A DNA stretch of 64,000 nucleotides from a virus. Location: IMG/VR virus record IMGVR_UViG_3300032331_003707, positions 1 through 64,000 of that record; one strand, 5' to 3'. The notes under the pieces are model-generated. The model did not search any database. It worked only from the letters and a program-made list of their open reading frames with translations, and was not told where the DNA came from. Below, piece after piece: positions 10,102 to 20,241 of this stretch. Position 1 is the stretch's first letter, and each line of letters starts with the position of its first letter. The translations under genes and the position numbers were made by a program.

Positions 10102-11289
10102 ATGACAATTAACACTTGTGAGGTTTGTGGAAACACAGAGTTAACACCTGTTTTAGATTTAGGAAATCATCCTATATGTGATGACTTAATTAAAATAGGA
10201 GATGAAAGAAAAAATAAAACATATCCTATTCTAATTAAATACTGTGAAAAATGTGGAACAGCCCATCATACTTACCAAATACCTAAACATCAACTTTTCC
10301 CATCTGATTACCACTACAGAGCAAGATTTACAGCTGATGTATTAGATGGAATGAAAAATTTAGTTAATTATTTATCTAAAAATTTTATTAATTTAAAGGA
10401 TAAAAAAGTATTAGATGTAGGATGTAATGATGGAAGTTTATTAGATTTCTTTAGAGAAAAAGGAGCATCTACTTATGGAATTGATCCAACTGATGCCGCT
10501 TATGAAGCTAAAGAAAAAGAACATGATATCATATGTGATTATTTTAGCCCTGAGTTAGTAAAAGATTATACTAAAGTCGATGTTATAACATTTACCAATG
10601 TGTTTGCTCATATTGAAGATTTAAACCACCTACTTAAAGCAGTATCTACAGTATCTAACCCAGATACTTTATTGGTAATTGAAAATCATTACTTAGGTGG
10701 AGTATTACATCAAAATCAATTTGATACCTTCTATCATGAACACCCAAGAACATATAGTCTAAATAGTTTTGTACACATAGCTAAAACATTAGGATTAGAT
10801 ATACTTTCAGTAGAATTTCCATCTCGTTATGGAGGTAATATTAGAGTAGTCATAGGAGATAAAAAATATCATACTCCAATTGAATCAAATATTGATGAGA
10901 TACTAGAAAAAGAAAAACAATTTATTCATAAATTCAATGAAATGAATGAGTTTATTAAAAATTGGTCTCAAACAAAACGAGATGAAATTTTAGAATTCAT
11001 TAAAGAAAATGGAAAAATAGAAGCAAAAGCATTCCCAGCTAGAGCAGCTATTCCATTAACATTATTAGGATTAGATGAAAATCATATTAAATGTGTATAT
11101 GAAAAACCTGGATCATTAAAAATAGGATATTATGTTCCTGGCACTCGTATTCCTATTGTGAGTGATGATGAGATGGGAGATATATCTATTAAAAATGGAT
11201 TATTAAATAATGCATGGCATATATCAACTGAGATTGGAACTTATTTAAGAAAATTAGGCTTTAACGGAGAGATTATTAATATTATATAG
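10102..11289 (+). CDS. NDP-sugar C-methyltransferase (Zn-binding + SAM-dependent)
   Basis: CEVC...CEKC, LDVGCNDG, NVFAHI, FDTFYHEH, YGGNIR, KIGYYVPGTRIPI. Confidence 0.88.
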   Translation: MTINTCEVCGNTELTPVLDLGNHPICDDLIKIGDERKNKTYPILIKYCEKCGTAHHTYQIPKHQLFPSDYHYRARFTADVLDGMKNLVNYLSKNFINLKDKKVLDVGCNDGSLLDFFREKGASTYGIDPTDAAYEAKEKEHDIICDYFSPELVKDYTKVDVITFTNVFAHIEDLNHLLKAVSTVSNPDTLLVIENHYLGGVLHQNQFDTFYHEHPRTYSLNSFVHIAKTLGLDILSVEFPSRYGGNIRVVIGDKKYHTPIESNIDEILEKEKQFIHKFNEMNEFIKNWSQTKRDEILEFIKENGKIEAKAFPARAAIPLTLLGLDENHIKCVYEKPGSLKIGYYVPGTRIPIVSDDEMGDISIKNGLLNNAWHISTEIGTYLRKLGFNGEIINII

Positions 11290-12216
11290 ATGAATATAAA
11301 ATTAACAATACATTTAATGCCTTGGGAAATTGATAATGCATTATTAACATTTACCCAACTTAAAAAATCATTTTATCATATATCTAAAGATGCCAATGTA
11401 ATTATAGAATCAGTTTTAAATCTATCTTCTAAATTTACTGATTGGGATAAAAGCCAATTACCTAAAGAATTCTTTATAGATAAATACAATGATATATCTT
11501 TATTATTAAATGATTATACTCATATAAAAAGAATATATGATGGAGATGAAGTATATGGTTATTTAAATCTCCAACGTGAAAGTTTATCTAAAGAGATAGA
11601 TTATTATATTGGGGTATGTCCTGATTTTTATTTTAGTGAACATTTACTAGCACTACTAATTGAATCAGCTAAATTAATTTCTAATAAATACTTTGTAATA
11701 ACACCCCAAATATATAAAAGATGGGATCATACCTGGGATGAAATTACTGATAGTAACTATTTAGATGTTCCGTATAGTGAATGGGAAAATTATGATGTAT
11801 ATAAAGTTAGACATCAATTAAAAATGAACAATGAAGACGCATCATTAATACCTGTTCAAAAAAGTAAATGGGCTTGGTGGTTTGATTTATATAATAAAGA
11901 ATTCTATGAAAATTTATGTCCTGTTCATGATGATTGGAAGGGGTATGGTCCTTGGGATTGGTACTCTATGATGTTAAGTGAATATGCTAAACACAATATG
12001 GGATTAGATTTCCAACAATACTTGCTAAAAGAACAAACAATCTTAGACCTATCAGGAGGACCTCTTAAAGATATGGGATTTACATCATACTATAAAAAGT
12101 TTTTAACCCTAATACCAGATGATGCACCCCCAGCCCAAAGAAAGGTATTTGAAAGTAAAATGCAACATTATTTAAATGAAGGAATTAAACAACTTAAAAT
12201 TAAAAAAATAATTTAA
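11290..12216 (+). CDS. Putative glycosyltransferase (GT-A-like)
   Basis: Locus context; 'GYGPWD' C-terminal motif reminiscent of GT2/GT7. Confidence 0.45.
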   Translation: MNIKLTIHLMPWEIDNALLTFTQLKKSFYHISKDANVIIESVLNLSSKFTDWDKSQLPKEFFIDKYNDISLLLNDYTHIKRIYDGDEVYGYLNLQRESLSKEIDYYIGVCPDFYFSEHLLALLIESAKLISNKYFVITPQIYKRWDHTWDEITDSNYLDVPYSEWENYDVYKVRHQLKMNNEDASLIPVQKSKWAWWFDLYNKEFYENLCPVHDDWKGYGPWDWYSMMLSEYAKHNMGLDFQQYLLKEQTILDLSGGPLKDMGFTSYYKKFLTLIPDDAPPAQRKVFESKMQHYLNEGIKQLKIKKII

Positions 12217-13106
12217 TGCACATATTTGCCAATTTTAGAAACCCTGAAAATGATCCTTACTTAGTATTTTTAAAAGAAAAATACCAGGATTATCCTTTTA
12301 CTTTTTGGTATGATAAGTTTCCTGAATCTCAAGACCAATTAAATATAAATCCTTATAATTTTTTATTCATACATGAACCAAATGAATTTTTTGGATATGC
12401 CGCACCTGCTATAAAACTTCAAGATATATACACTGCTATACTATCTTGGGATCAAAATGTTTTAGATAACTGCCAAAATGGAGTTAAATTTACATATAAT
12501 GGTGTTACATTAGATAATACATTTGTAGATCAAATGAAAGATAAAGAAAAAGCATTTGAAATAAGTTTTTTATGTGGTACAAAAAATCTTGTTGAAGGAC
12601 ACATGTTAAGACATAAAGCATATTCTATAAAGGAACAAATTAATATTCCTAACAAATGGTTTTATGTCCTAGATGATTATGATCATGAAAATGGAGTTCG
12701 CCCAGGTTATGGTAACTATAGTAAAGATTTATCTCATATTCCCCCTGGAGTAGACATTATAGGATATGGACGTAGAGTTTTATTTAAAGATAGTATGTTT
12801 AATGTTGTTATTGAAAATGTGAATCAAAAAAACTGGTATAATAAAATAGGAGATGCTTTTTTAAGTAAAACAATTCCATTATATTGGGGATGTTCTAATA
12901 TTAGTGATTTTGGTTATGATGAAAGAGGAATAATTAGATTTAAAGATGAAAATGAACTACTAAATATCACAAATAATCTAACCCCAGATCTATACAACGA
13001 AATGAAACCTTATATTGATTATAATTATGAGATTGCATTGTTAGATTATTTTGAAACTAGAATAAGTGAGTTTTTTGACACATTTATTCAAATAAACAAC
13101 ATATGA
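12216..13106 (+). CDS. Putative fucosyltransferase-like glycosyltransferase (GT10-like)
   Basis: FNVVIEN...KIGDAFLSKTIPLYWG resembles the GT10 motif. Confidence 0.7.
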   Translation: MHIFANFRNPENDPYLVFLKEKYQDYPFTFWYDKFPESQDQLNINPYNFLFIHEPNEFFGYAAPAIKLQDIYTAILSWDQNVLDNCQNGVKFTYNGVTLDNTFVDQMKDKEKAFEISFLCGTKNLVEGHMLRHKAYSIKEQINIPNKWFYVLDDYDHENGVRPGYGNYSKDLSHIPPGVDIIGYGRRVLFKDSMFNVVIENVNQKNWYNKIGDAFLSKTIPLYWGCSNISDFGYDERGIIRFKDENELLNITNNLTPDLYNEMKPYIDYNYEIALLDYFETRISEFFDTFIQINNI

Positions 13107-13585
13107 TATTCCCAGAAGTAAAAATATACACACCCGACGTTTACACTGATTTTAGAGGTGACTTATGGACGTTATGGAAACAAGATGAATTTGAACCTAA
13201 ATTAAATTTTAATCATGATAAAGTTTCTACATCAAGAAAAGATGTTTTAAGAGGTATTCATGGTGATAATAAATCTTGGAAATTAATAACATGTTTATAT
13301 GGTGAAATGTATTTTGTAGTTGTAGATAATAGACCTGATTCCCCAAATTATCTAAAATGGGACTGGGTTATATTAGATGACAGAACTAGAAAATCAGTCT
13401 TAGTACCACCTCAATTTGGAAATGGATTCTATGTCCTAAGTAACCACTCAGTATTTCATTATAAATGGTCATACACAGGGTCATACCCAGACGTAAAAGA
13501 TCAATTTACTTTAAAATGGAATGATTCTAAAATAGGAATAGAATGGCCTAATGACAATCCAATTTTACAAAAAAGAGATAAATAA
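13103..13585 (+). CDS. rfbC: dTDP-4-dehydrorhamnose 3,5-epimerase family
   Basis: DFRG, VLRGIHG, VVVDNRPDSP, LKWNDSKIGIEWP. Confidence 0.9.
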   Translation: MIFPEVKIYTPDVYTDFRGDLWTLWKQDEFEPKLNFNHDKVSTSRKDVLRGIHGDNKSWKLITCLYGEMYFVVVDNRPDSPNYLKWDWVILDDRTRKSVLVPPQFGNGFYVLSNHSVFHYKWSYTGSYPDVKDQFTLKWNDSKIGIEWPNDNPILQKRDK

Positions 13586-13622
13586 TTTGGATTATTATAA
13601 AAATTATATTATATTAAATTAT

Positions 13623-14249
13623 ATGAAAATATTATCACAATACACTAAAGTTAGAGATGTTAAAATAACACCTCAAGAACTTATTGCTTTTGAAGATAGA
13701 GTAAAAGATGCATACGAAGCAGGACAGGTAAAAGGCCCTGTTCATCTATCTAAAAATAATGAAGAACAACTAATAGAATTATTCCAACACATCCACCCAG
13801 ATGATTGGGTTTTTTCAGCTTGGAGAAATCACTATCATGCTTTACTTCATGGGGTTGATCCTGAAAAATTATTCTCATGGATATCTGAGGGTAGAAGTAT
13901 GGGTACTAATAACATTAGTCCTAATTTTTATGCTTCATCTATTGTAGGTGGAATAATTCCCTTATCATTAGGAGCAGCTATGGGATTAAAACGTAAAAAC
14001 TCACCTCGTAGAGTTTGGTGTTTTATAGGAGACATGACTATGGAAACAGGGGTATTTCATGAAGCATATAAATACTCCCAAAATTTTAATTTACCATTAC
14101 AATTCGTAGTTGAGGATAATAACCTAAGCGTTCATACTCCTACTGATATTGCTTGGGGTAAAAGAATGGAAGTGCCTGAGAATGTTATTTATTATTCTTA
14201 TAAGATGTCATATCCTCATCATGGAACAGGTAAATGGGTTAATTTTTAA
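13623..14249 (+). CDS. TPP-dependent E1 alpha-like subunit (short)
   Basis: GPVHLS, RNHYHAL, SIVGG, GDMTMETG...VEDNN TPP motif; start placed after promoter at 13586. Confidence 0.85.
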   Translation: MKILSQYTKVRDVKITPQELIAFEDRVKDAYEAGQVKGPVHLSKNNEEQLIELFQHIHPDDWVFSAWRNHYHALLHGVDPEKLFSWISEGRSMGTNNISPNFYASSIVGGIIPLSLGAAMGLKRKNSPRRVWCFIGDMTMETGVFHEAYKYSQNFNLPLQFVVEDNNLSVHTPTDIAWGKRMEVPENVIYYSYKMSYPHHGTGKWVNF

Positions 14250-14254
14250 TTATT

Positions 14255-14791
14255 ATGAAATACAAAGACGAATTAGTTAGAGCAATGGAATGGCTTGGAG
14301 CCAAACCAAATACAGTATTTACAGGGCAAGCAATCGGTTTTAGTGGTCATGCTATCTCAAATACAATGGAAAAAGTACCTCAAGATAAAAGAATTGAGTT
14401 ACCTGTACTAGAAGAAACCCAATTAGGAATGGCTACAGGAATGGCTATGACGGGGTGGGTTCCTATTACTTGTTATCCTCGGTTTGATTTTTTTATCTTA
14501 GGTTTAAATCAATTAGTTAATCATTTAGATAAAATGCAAGACATGTCTAAAGGAGATATGAAACCAAAAGTTATTATTCGAGTAGCTGTTGGTTCAAAAC
14601 TTCCATTTAGTGCTGGTCCTCAACATACTCAAAACCATACTGAAGCTATAAGAAAAATGCTCACAGAAGTTGAAGTTGTTGAGTTAATAGAGCCTGAACA
14701 AATATTTGAAGCATTCAAAACTGCTTATGAAAGAGAAGATGGTAAGTCAACATTAATTATTGAACACGCAGAGTATTATGGGACAAAATAA
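14255..14791 (+). CDS. TPP-dependent E1 beta-like subunit (pyrimidine-binding domain only)
   Basis: ELPVLE..GMATGMA, NQLVNHLDK, GPQHTQ; 178 aa, no C-terminal domain. Confidence 0.85.
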   Translation: MKYKDELVRAMEWLGAKPNTVFTGQAIGFSGHAISNTMEKVPQDKRIELPVLEETQLGMATGMAMTGWVPITCYPRFDFFILGLNQLVNHLDKMQDMSKGDMKPKVIIRVAVGSKLPFSAGPQHTQNHTEAIRKMLTEVEVVELIEPEQIFEAFKTAYEREDGKSTLIIEHAEYYGTK

Positions 14792-15950
14792 TTTTAATTG
14801 GCCTCTTATTAATGATAATATTTCTAAAACAGATAGAGAAGTATTAGCTGATTTTTGTTTAAACGGAGAACGTTTTACAAACGGACCTAAAGTAAAAGAA
14901 TTCGAAAAAATATGGTCTGAATGGTTAGGAGTCAAACACAGTGTAATGGTCAATTCAGGTGCCTCAGCTAATTATATTTCAATAGCTATGGTTAAAGAAT
15001 TACTAGGTGAAGGAGAAGTTATAGTACCACCTCTAGGATGGACGTCTGATATCTCATCTGTAGCTCAGTTAGGAATGATACCAGTATTTGTGGATATAAG
15101 TTTTAGTAATTTAGCTATTACAGCCGAAAATATTAAACGTGCTATAACTCCTAAAACAAAAGCAATTGTGTTAGTGCACTGTCTAGGTTTTAATGGTATC
15201 AATGATGAAATTATTAAAATAGCTAAAGATAATAATTTAATATTAATTGAAGATTGTTGTGAATCTCATGGTGCTATGTTTGGAGATAAAAAAATAGGCT
15301 CAATAGGAGATATTTCATTATTTTCATTTTATTTTGGCCACCATATAACAACTATTGAAGGTGGAATGGTTTGTATTAATGATTCTAAACTATACGATCT
15401 AGCCAAATTATTCCGCTCACACGGAATGACCAGAGAAGCATCCCCTGAATTGCAGAAACAATATCAAGACTTATACCCTAAACTAAATCCACTATTTACT
15501 TTTGCTGTAGCTGGATTTAATATGAGAAGTACAGAATTAAATGCTGTGTTAGGTATAGAGCAAATGAAACGTATAGATTATAATATTAATAAACGTGTTG
15601 AGAATCTTAAAACATGGCTAGATCATTTAAATTCAAGTAAATTTATGACTAGTTTTACAACCCAAGGAAACAGTAGTTTTGCTTTACCCTTAATACTACA
15701 GTGGTCTAATGTTGATAAATTAAAAGACGTTTGTAGACTATTAGAAGAAGAAAAAGTAGAATATAGACTAGGAACAGCTGGAGGTGGGAATCAAGCACTT
15801 CAACCATACTTAAAAAAGTTTAACCACAGAATTAATGATAATTTACCTGTAGTTGATTATATCCACTCAAATTCACTTTATATTGGTAATCATCCTGAAT
15901 TAGAAAATGAGCAAATTATTAACCTTTGTAATAAATTAAATAATGTTTAA
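14778..15950 (+). CDS. DegT/DnrJ PLP enzyme, ColD/RfbH-like NDP-4-keto-6-deoxyhexose 3-dehydratase
   Basis: MVNSGASAN, EDCCESHGA, SFYFGHHITTIEGG (His in place of the catalytic Lys, typical of the 3-dehydratases). Confidence 0.85.
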   Translation: MGQNNFNWPLINDNISKTDREVLADFCLNGERFTNGPKVKEFEKIWSEWLGVKHSVMVNSGASANYISIAMVKELLGEGEVIVPPLGWTSDISSVAQLGMIPVFVDISFSNLAITAENIKRAITPKTKAIVLVHCLGFNGINDEIIKIAKDNNLILIEDCCESHGAMFGDKKIGSIGDISLFSFYFGHHITTIEGGMVCINDSKLYDLAKLFRSHGMTREASPELQKQYQDLYPKLNPLFTFAVAGFNMRSTELNAVLGIEQMKRIDYNINKRVENLKTWLDHLNSSKFMTSFTTQGNSSFALPLILQWSNVDKLKDVCRLLEEEKVEYRLGTAGGGNQALQPYLKKFNHRINDNLPVVDYIHSNSLYIGNHPELENEQIINLCNKLNNV

Positions 15951-16914
15951 AAATCAAAAAGTTTTAGTAACTGGTGGAGGAGGAATGATTGGTCGCTCAC
16001 TAGTAAAATTTTTATTAAAAAAAGGAGCTAAAGTAACCATAGCAGACTTAACCCAACCCTCAGACTTACCTAAAAAAGTAAAGTATAAAAAAATAGATTT
16101 AAGATACTTTGATCAATGTGAAAAGATCTGTAATGGAATGGATTATGTTTTTAATTTAGTAGGTATTAAAGGCTCACCTAAAATGTGTGCTGAACAACCA
16201 GCAGATTTTATGGTACCGATGCTTCAATTTAATACTAACATGATGGAAGCAGCTCGTAGAGCAGACGTTAAATGGTATTTATATACTAGTTCTGTTGGCG
16301 TTTATGCACCTGCTGACGTATTCAAAGAAGATGATGTGTTAAATACTGTTCCATCTCCTAATGATCGATTTGCGGGTTGGGCTAAAAGAATGGGTGAAAT
16401 GCAAGCTGAAGCATATTCTATTCAATACGGATGGGATAAGGTTTCTATTGTAAGACCTGCTAATGTATATGGAGCATATGACAATTTTAATCCTGCTAAT
16501 GCAATGGTTGTTCCTTCATTAATTAGAAAAGCCCAAGAAAATGATATATTAGAAGTTTGGGGAGATGGCTCAACAATTAGAGATTTTATTCATGCTGATG
16601 ATGTAGCATTAGGTATGTTATTTGCTGTTGAAAACCAAATTACCCAACCACTAAACTTAGGCTCAGGAGAAGGTTACTCAATTAAAGAAGTAGTAGATAT
16701 GGTAGTTAAATACTCTAATAAACCTCTAAAAGTAAAATGGTTAACAGATAAGCCTGCAGGAGATAAAATCCGTTTATTCGATATGACCAGAGCTAAATCA
16801 CATGGATTTAACATCTCAGTATCATTAGAAGAAGGAATTAAAAAAACTACTAAATGGTTTTTAAATAATAAAGAAATTTTAGATAAACGTTATAATGCAT
16901 TTGTAAACCACTAA
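15943..16914 (+). CDS. NAD-dependent epimerase/reductase (GDP-fucose synthase / GDP-mannose 3,5-epimerase-like)
   Basis: TGGGGMIG, RPANVYG..DNF, WGDGSTIRDFIHADD. Confidence 0.82.
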   Translation: MFKNQKVLVTGGGGMIGRSLVKFLLKKGAKVTIADLTQPSDLPKKVKYKKIDLRYFDQCEKICNGMDYVFNLVGIKGSPKMCAEQPADFMVPMLQFNTNMMEAARRADVKWYLYTSSVGVYAPADVFKEDDVLNTVPSPNDRFAGWAKRMGEMQAEAYSIQYGWDKVSIVRPANVYGAYDNFNPANAMVVPSLIRKAQENDILEVWGDGSTIRDFIHADDVALGMLFAVENQITQPLNLGSGEGYSIKEVVDMVVKYSNKPLKVKWLTDKPAGDKIRLFDMTRAKSHGFNISVSLEEGIKKTTKWFLNNKEILDKRYNAFVNH

Positions 16915-17600
16915 TGAAAGATTTTTTAATAACTGGAATTAATAGTGGATTAGGAAAATATCTATATGATAATTTACCTAACTCATTAGGATTAAATAGA
17001 GATAACTTTGCTGCTATAAAAGATGAAAGTTATCAAACTATAATACACTGCGCATTTAATAAAGAAAATACTATTACTGATTATAAGAAGTATTTAGATG
17101 ATAATATTTTTCTTACTCAACGTCTTAAAAATTTAAAATATAATAAATTTATCTATATATCAACTGTAGATGTTTACCAAGAATATCACAATGTGTATTC
17201 TTCTTTTAAGAAATTTGCAGAAACATTATTAGATGAAAACGATTTAATTTTAAGATGTCCTATGATGTTAGGTGACACTATGAAACCTAACCATGCTACA
17301 AAAATAAAAGACAATATCGAATCAATAGGACTATCAGGAAAATCTAAATTTAATTATCTATTAATGGATGATTTAGTTGAGTTTTTTATTAGTGATGATT
17401 ATAAACAATATAAAGGAGTAATTGATTTTGTAGCTAATAGTTTAGTTGAATTAGAAGATGTAAAACAATATTTTAACTCAACTACTAAATTAGGAGAATA
17501 TGTTTATGAGAATAACTTGGAATTTACAAATCCTATTTTTATATTAAATGAAAAGTATAATAAATCATCTTTAGACAATCTAAAACAATATTTTAAATGA
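16914..17600 (+). CDS. Divergent SDR / NAD-dependent epimerase
   Basis: ITGINSGLG, IIHCA, YISTVDVY, YSSFK. Confidence 0.7.
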   Translation: MKDFLITGINSGLGKYLYDNLPNSLGLNRDNFAAIKDESYQTIIHCAFNKENTITDYKKYLDDNIFLTQRLKNLKYNKFIYISTVDVYQEYHNVYSSFKKFAETLLDENDLILRCPMMLGDTMKPNHATKIKDNIESIGLSGKSKFNYLLMDDLVEFFISDDYKQYKGVIDFVANSLVELEDVKQYFNSTTKLGEYVYENNLEFTNPIFILNEKYNKSSLDNLKQYFK

Positions 17601-18547
17601 AAAAACGCATATTAATCTGTGGAGCAACAGGTTTTATTGGTAGAAACTTATTAGATTTCTACCACCAGAAAGATAATTATAATATCAGAGCAACACATTT
17701 TAATCGTCCCGCTATTGAAGGATATGATGGAGTTGAATGGGTTAAAGTTGATTTACGTAATCCCGAAGCCGTAAAACAAACATTGCAAGACGTAGATATT
17801 GTTTTACAATTTGCTGCTACAACATCTGGAGCTAAAGATATCATGACTCGTCCTTATATTCATGTTACAGATAATGCTGTTATGAATAGTTTATTATTAA
17901 GAGAATGTTATGAGCAAAATATTGAACATTTTGTATTCCCAAGTTGTACAGTAATGTATCAACCATCTTCATGTGCTTTAGCAGAATGTGATTTTAATGG
18001 AAATGAAGAATTATTTCCTACTTATTTTGGTGTAGGTAATACTAAAATTTATATTGAGAAAATGTGTGAATTCTTTTCTCGTTTAGGTAAAACTAAACAT
18101 ACTGTTATGAGACATTCAAACATGTATGGACCTTATGATAAATATGATTTAGAACGATCTCATATGTTTGGAGCTACCATTACAAAAGTAATGACTTCTA
18201 CTGATGGGAAGATTAATGTTTGGGGAACCGGAGAAGAAGCACGTGATTTACTTTATGTGGAAGATTTAGTTAAATTTGTTAATTGTGCTCTTGAAAAACA
18301 AGAAAACCTATATGAATTATTTAATGTAGGTGTAGGTAAGGCAATCCAAGTAAAAGATGTAGTTAATAAAATTATTACCCACTCAGGTAAAAATTTAGAA
18401 ATAGTTCATGATTTATCCAAACCAACAATCCCTACATCATTATTTTTAGATTGCACTAAAGCTAAAGAATTATTAGATTGGGAATCAGAAACAGACTTAG
18501 ACACAGGTATTATTAAAACTTTAAATTGGTATAAAGAAAACTTATGA
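17597..18547 (+). CDS. GDP-L-fucose synthase-like SDR
   Basis: CGATGFIG, SNMYGPYD, RSH, WGTGEEARDLLYVED. Confidence 0.82.
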   Translation: MKKRILICGATGFIGRNLLDFYHQKDNYNIRATHFNRPAIEGYDGVEWVKVDLRNPEAVKQTLQDVDIVLQFAATTSGAKDIMTRPYIHVTDNAVMNSLLLRECYEQNIEHFVFPSCTVMYQPSSCALAECDFNGNEELFPTYFGVGNTKIYIEKMCEFFSRLGKTKHTVMRHSNMYGPYDKYDLERSHMFGATITKVMTSTDGKINVWGTGEEARDLLYVEDLVKFVNCALEKQENLYELFNVGVGKAIQVKDVVNKIITHSGKNLEIVHDLSKPTIPTSLFLDCTKAKELLDWESETDLDTGIIKTLNWYKENL

Positions 18548-19554
18548 TTAATGCTTTTATAACAGGTATAACAGGGATGGTTGGCTCACATTTAGCTGAT
18601 TTCCTATTAGAAAATACAGATTGGAAAATTTATGGTTTAGCTAGATGGAATGATTCATTAGAAAATATTGAGCATTTGTCTGAGGAAATTAATAAACGAG
18701 AACGTATTGAACTTATTTATGGAGATTTAAATGATTTAGCTTCCCTTATCACATCAATAGATAAAGCTAAACCAGACTATATTTTTCATTTAGCGGCTCA
18801 ATCGTACCCACAAACAAGTTTTGATGTACCTATAGAAACGCTTCAAACAAATATATTAGGGACGGCTAATTTATTAGAGGCATTGCGTAAATCACCATAT
18901 AAAAATGCTATAACACACGTATGTGCATCTAGTGAAGTATTTGGTAGAGTACCTGCTGATAAACTACCTATTGGGGAAGAAACAAACTTCCACCCAGCAT
19001 CACCTTATGCTATATCTAAAGTTGGAACTGATTTAGTAGGTCGTTATTATGCTGAAGCATACGGAATGACTATTATGACTACTAGAATGTTTACCCATAC
19101 CGGTCCTAGACGTGGAGATGTATTTTCAGAATCAACATTTGCTAAACAAATTGCAATGATTGAAGCGGGGCTGCAAGAACCTAAAATTTATGTAGGTAAT
19201 TTAGATTCACTTAGAACATATGCTGATGTTAGAGATGCTGTTAAAGCATATTATATGTTAGTTACCCATGATCCTAAAGGTGGTGAGTATTATAATATTG
19301 GAGGAACATATACTTGTAAAATTGCAGACATGCTTAACTATTTGATTAGCCAATCAACAATTAAAAATATTGAAATTGTAACAGACCCTGAACGTTTAAG
19401 ACCAATTGATGCTGATTTACAAGTACCTGATACTACAAAATTTCAAACCCATACAGGGTGGTCCCCCGAATACACATTTGAACAGACAATGAATGATCTT
19501 CTCCAATACTGGAGAGATAGAGTTAATTCAGGTCGTAGATTTTTAAGACGATAA
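18544..19554 (+). CDS. gmd: GDP-mannose 4,6-dehydratase
   Basis: ITGITGMVGSHLA, HLAAQS, SSEVFG, SPYAISK, HTGPRRG, GNLDSLR, RLRPID. Confidence 0.9.
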   Translation: MINAFITGITGMVGSHLADFLLENTDWKIYGLARWNDSLENIEHLSEEINKRERIELIYGDLNDLASLITSIDKAKPDYIFHLAAQSYPQTSFDVPIETLQTNILGTANLLEALRKSPYKNAITHVCASSEVFGRVPADKLPIGEETNFHPASPYAISKVGTDLVGRYYAEAYGMTIMTTRMFTHTGPRRGDVFSESTFAKQIAMIEAGLQEPKIYVGNLDSLRTYADVRDAVKAYYMLVTHDPKGGEYYNIGGTYTCKIADMLNYLISQSTIKNIEIVTDPERLRPIDADLQVPDTTKFQTHTGWSPEYTFEQTMNDLLQYWRDRVNSGRRFLRR

Positions 19555-19557
19555 AAT

Positions 19558-20241
19558 ATGCAAGGTATAGTAATTCAAGGCCCTACAACTTATTGTAAAC
19601 AAATAGTTGAACATTATAAACATATTAAACATATTGTTTGGTCAACTTGGGATGATGAACCTGTTGAGAATTTAGAGTATATTAAACAACATATACCTTT
19701 AATAGTTAATGAAAAACCTTCATTTAGCGGGTATTTAAATGTTAATCTACAAGTATTATCTACTTTTAAAGGTATTGAATACCTAAAAAATAAAGAAGTA
19801 ACAGAAATCTTTAAAATTAGAGGAGATGTTATCATTACAGAGATTGATAAAATGTTAGGTCTTCTTAAAGGAAAACAACTTTCATTTTTACAAATGTGTA
19901 AACCCGAAACACGAAAAGATATATACTATGAATTAGTTTACTCTCATTTCTCTCATGATTACCCAGCAGATGTTGTAATTTATGGTTCTACAGATGTTTT
20001 ATATAATGGTTTTAATTTTTATATAGATCAAATGTATGCAATTCCCCCTGAATCTTTAGTAGCTTATAGTTTATTAGGTTATATGGGAGTAGAATTTTTA
20101 TTAGAATATAATCATTTAATTAATAATGGGGTTACTTTTTTCATGGAAGATTGTTTAGCCAATAATATTGATATTCTTTGGTTAAAAAGAAATACAAGTA
20201 TTGTTAATGATACAAAAGATAAAAACATATATGAGTATTAA
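19558..20241 (+). CDS. WavE-like LPS/glycan synthesis protein
   Basis: IVIQGP, VWSTW, NVNLQ..ST..G, KIRGD resemble WavE motifs. Confidence 0.6.
   Translation: MQGIVIQGPTTYCKQIVEHYKHIKHIVWSTWDDEPVENLEYIKQHIPLIVNEKPSFSGYLNVNLQVLSTFKGIEYLKNKEVTEIFKIRGDVIITEIDKMLGLLKGKQLSFLQMCKPETRKDIYYELVYSHFSHDYPADVVIYGSTDVLYNGFNFYIDQMYAIPPESLVAYSLLGYMGVEFLLEYNHLINNGVTFFMEDCLANNIDILWLKRNTSIVNDTKDKNIYEY

Noticed and set aside
13623-14791. Pyruvate dehydrogenase as an auxiliary metabolic gene
   Set aside because: Subunits are truncated, E2/E3 are missing, and the genes are embedded in an NDP-sugar operon
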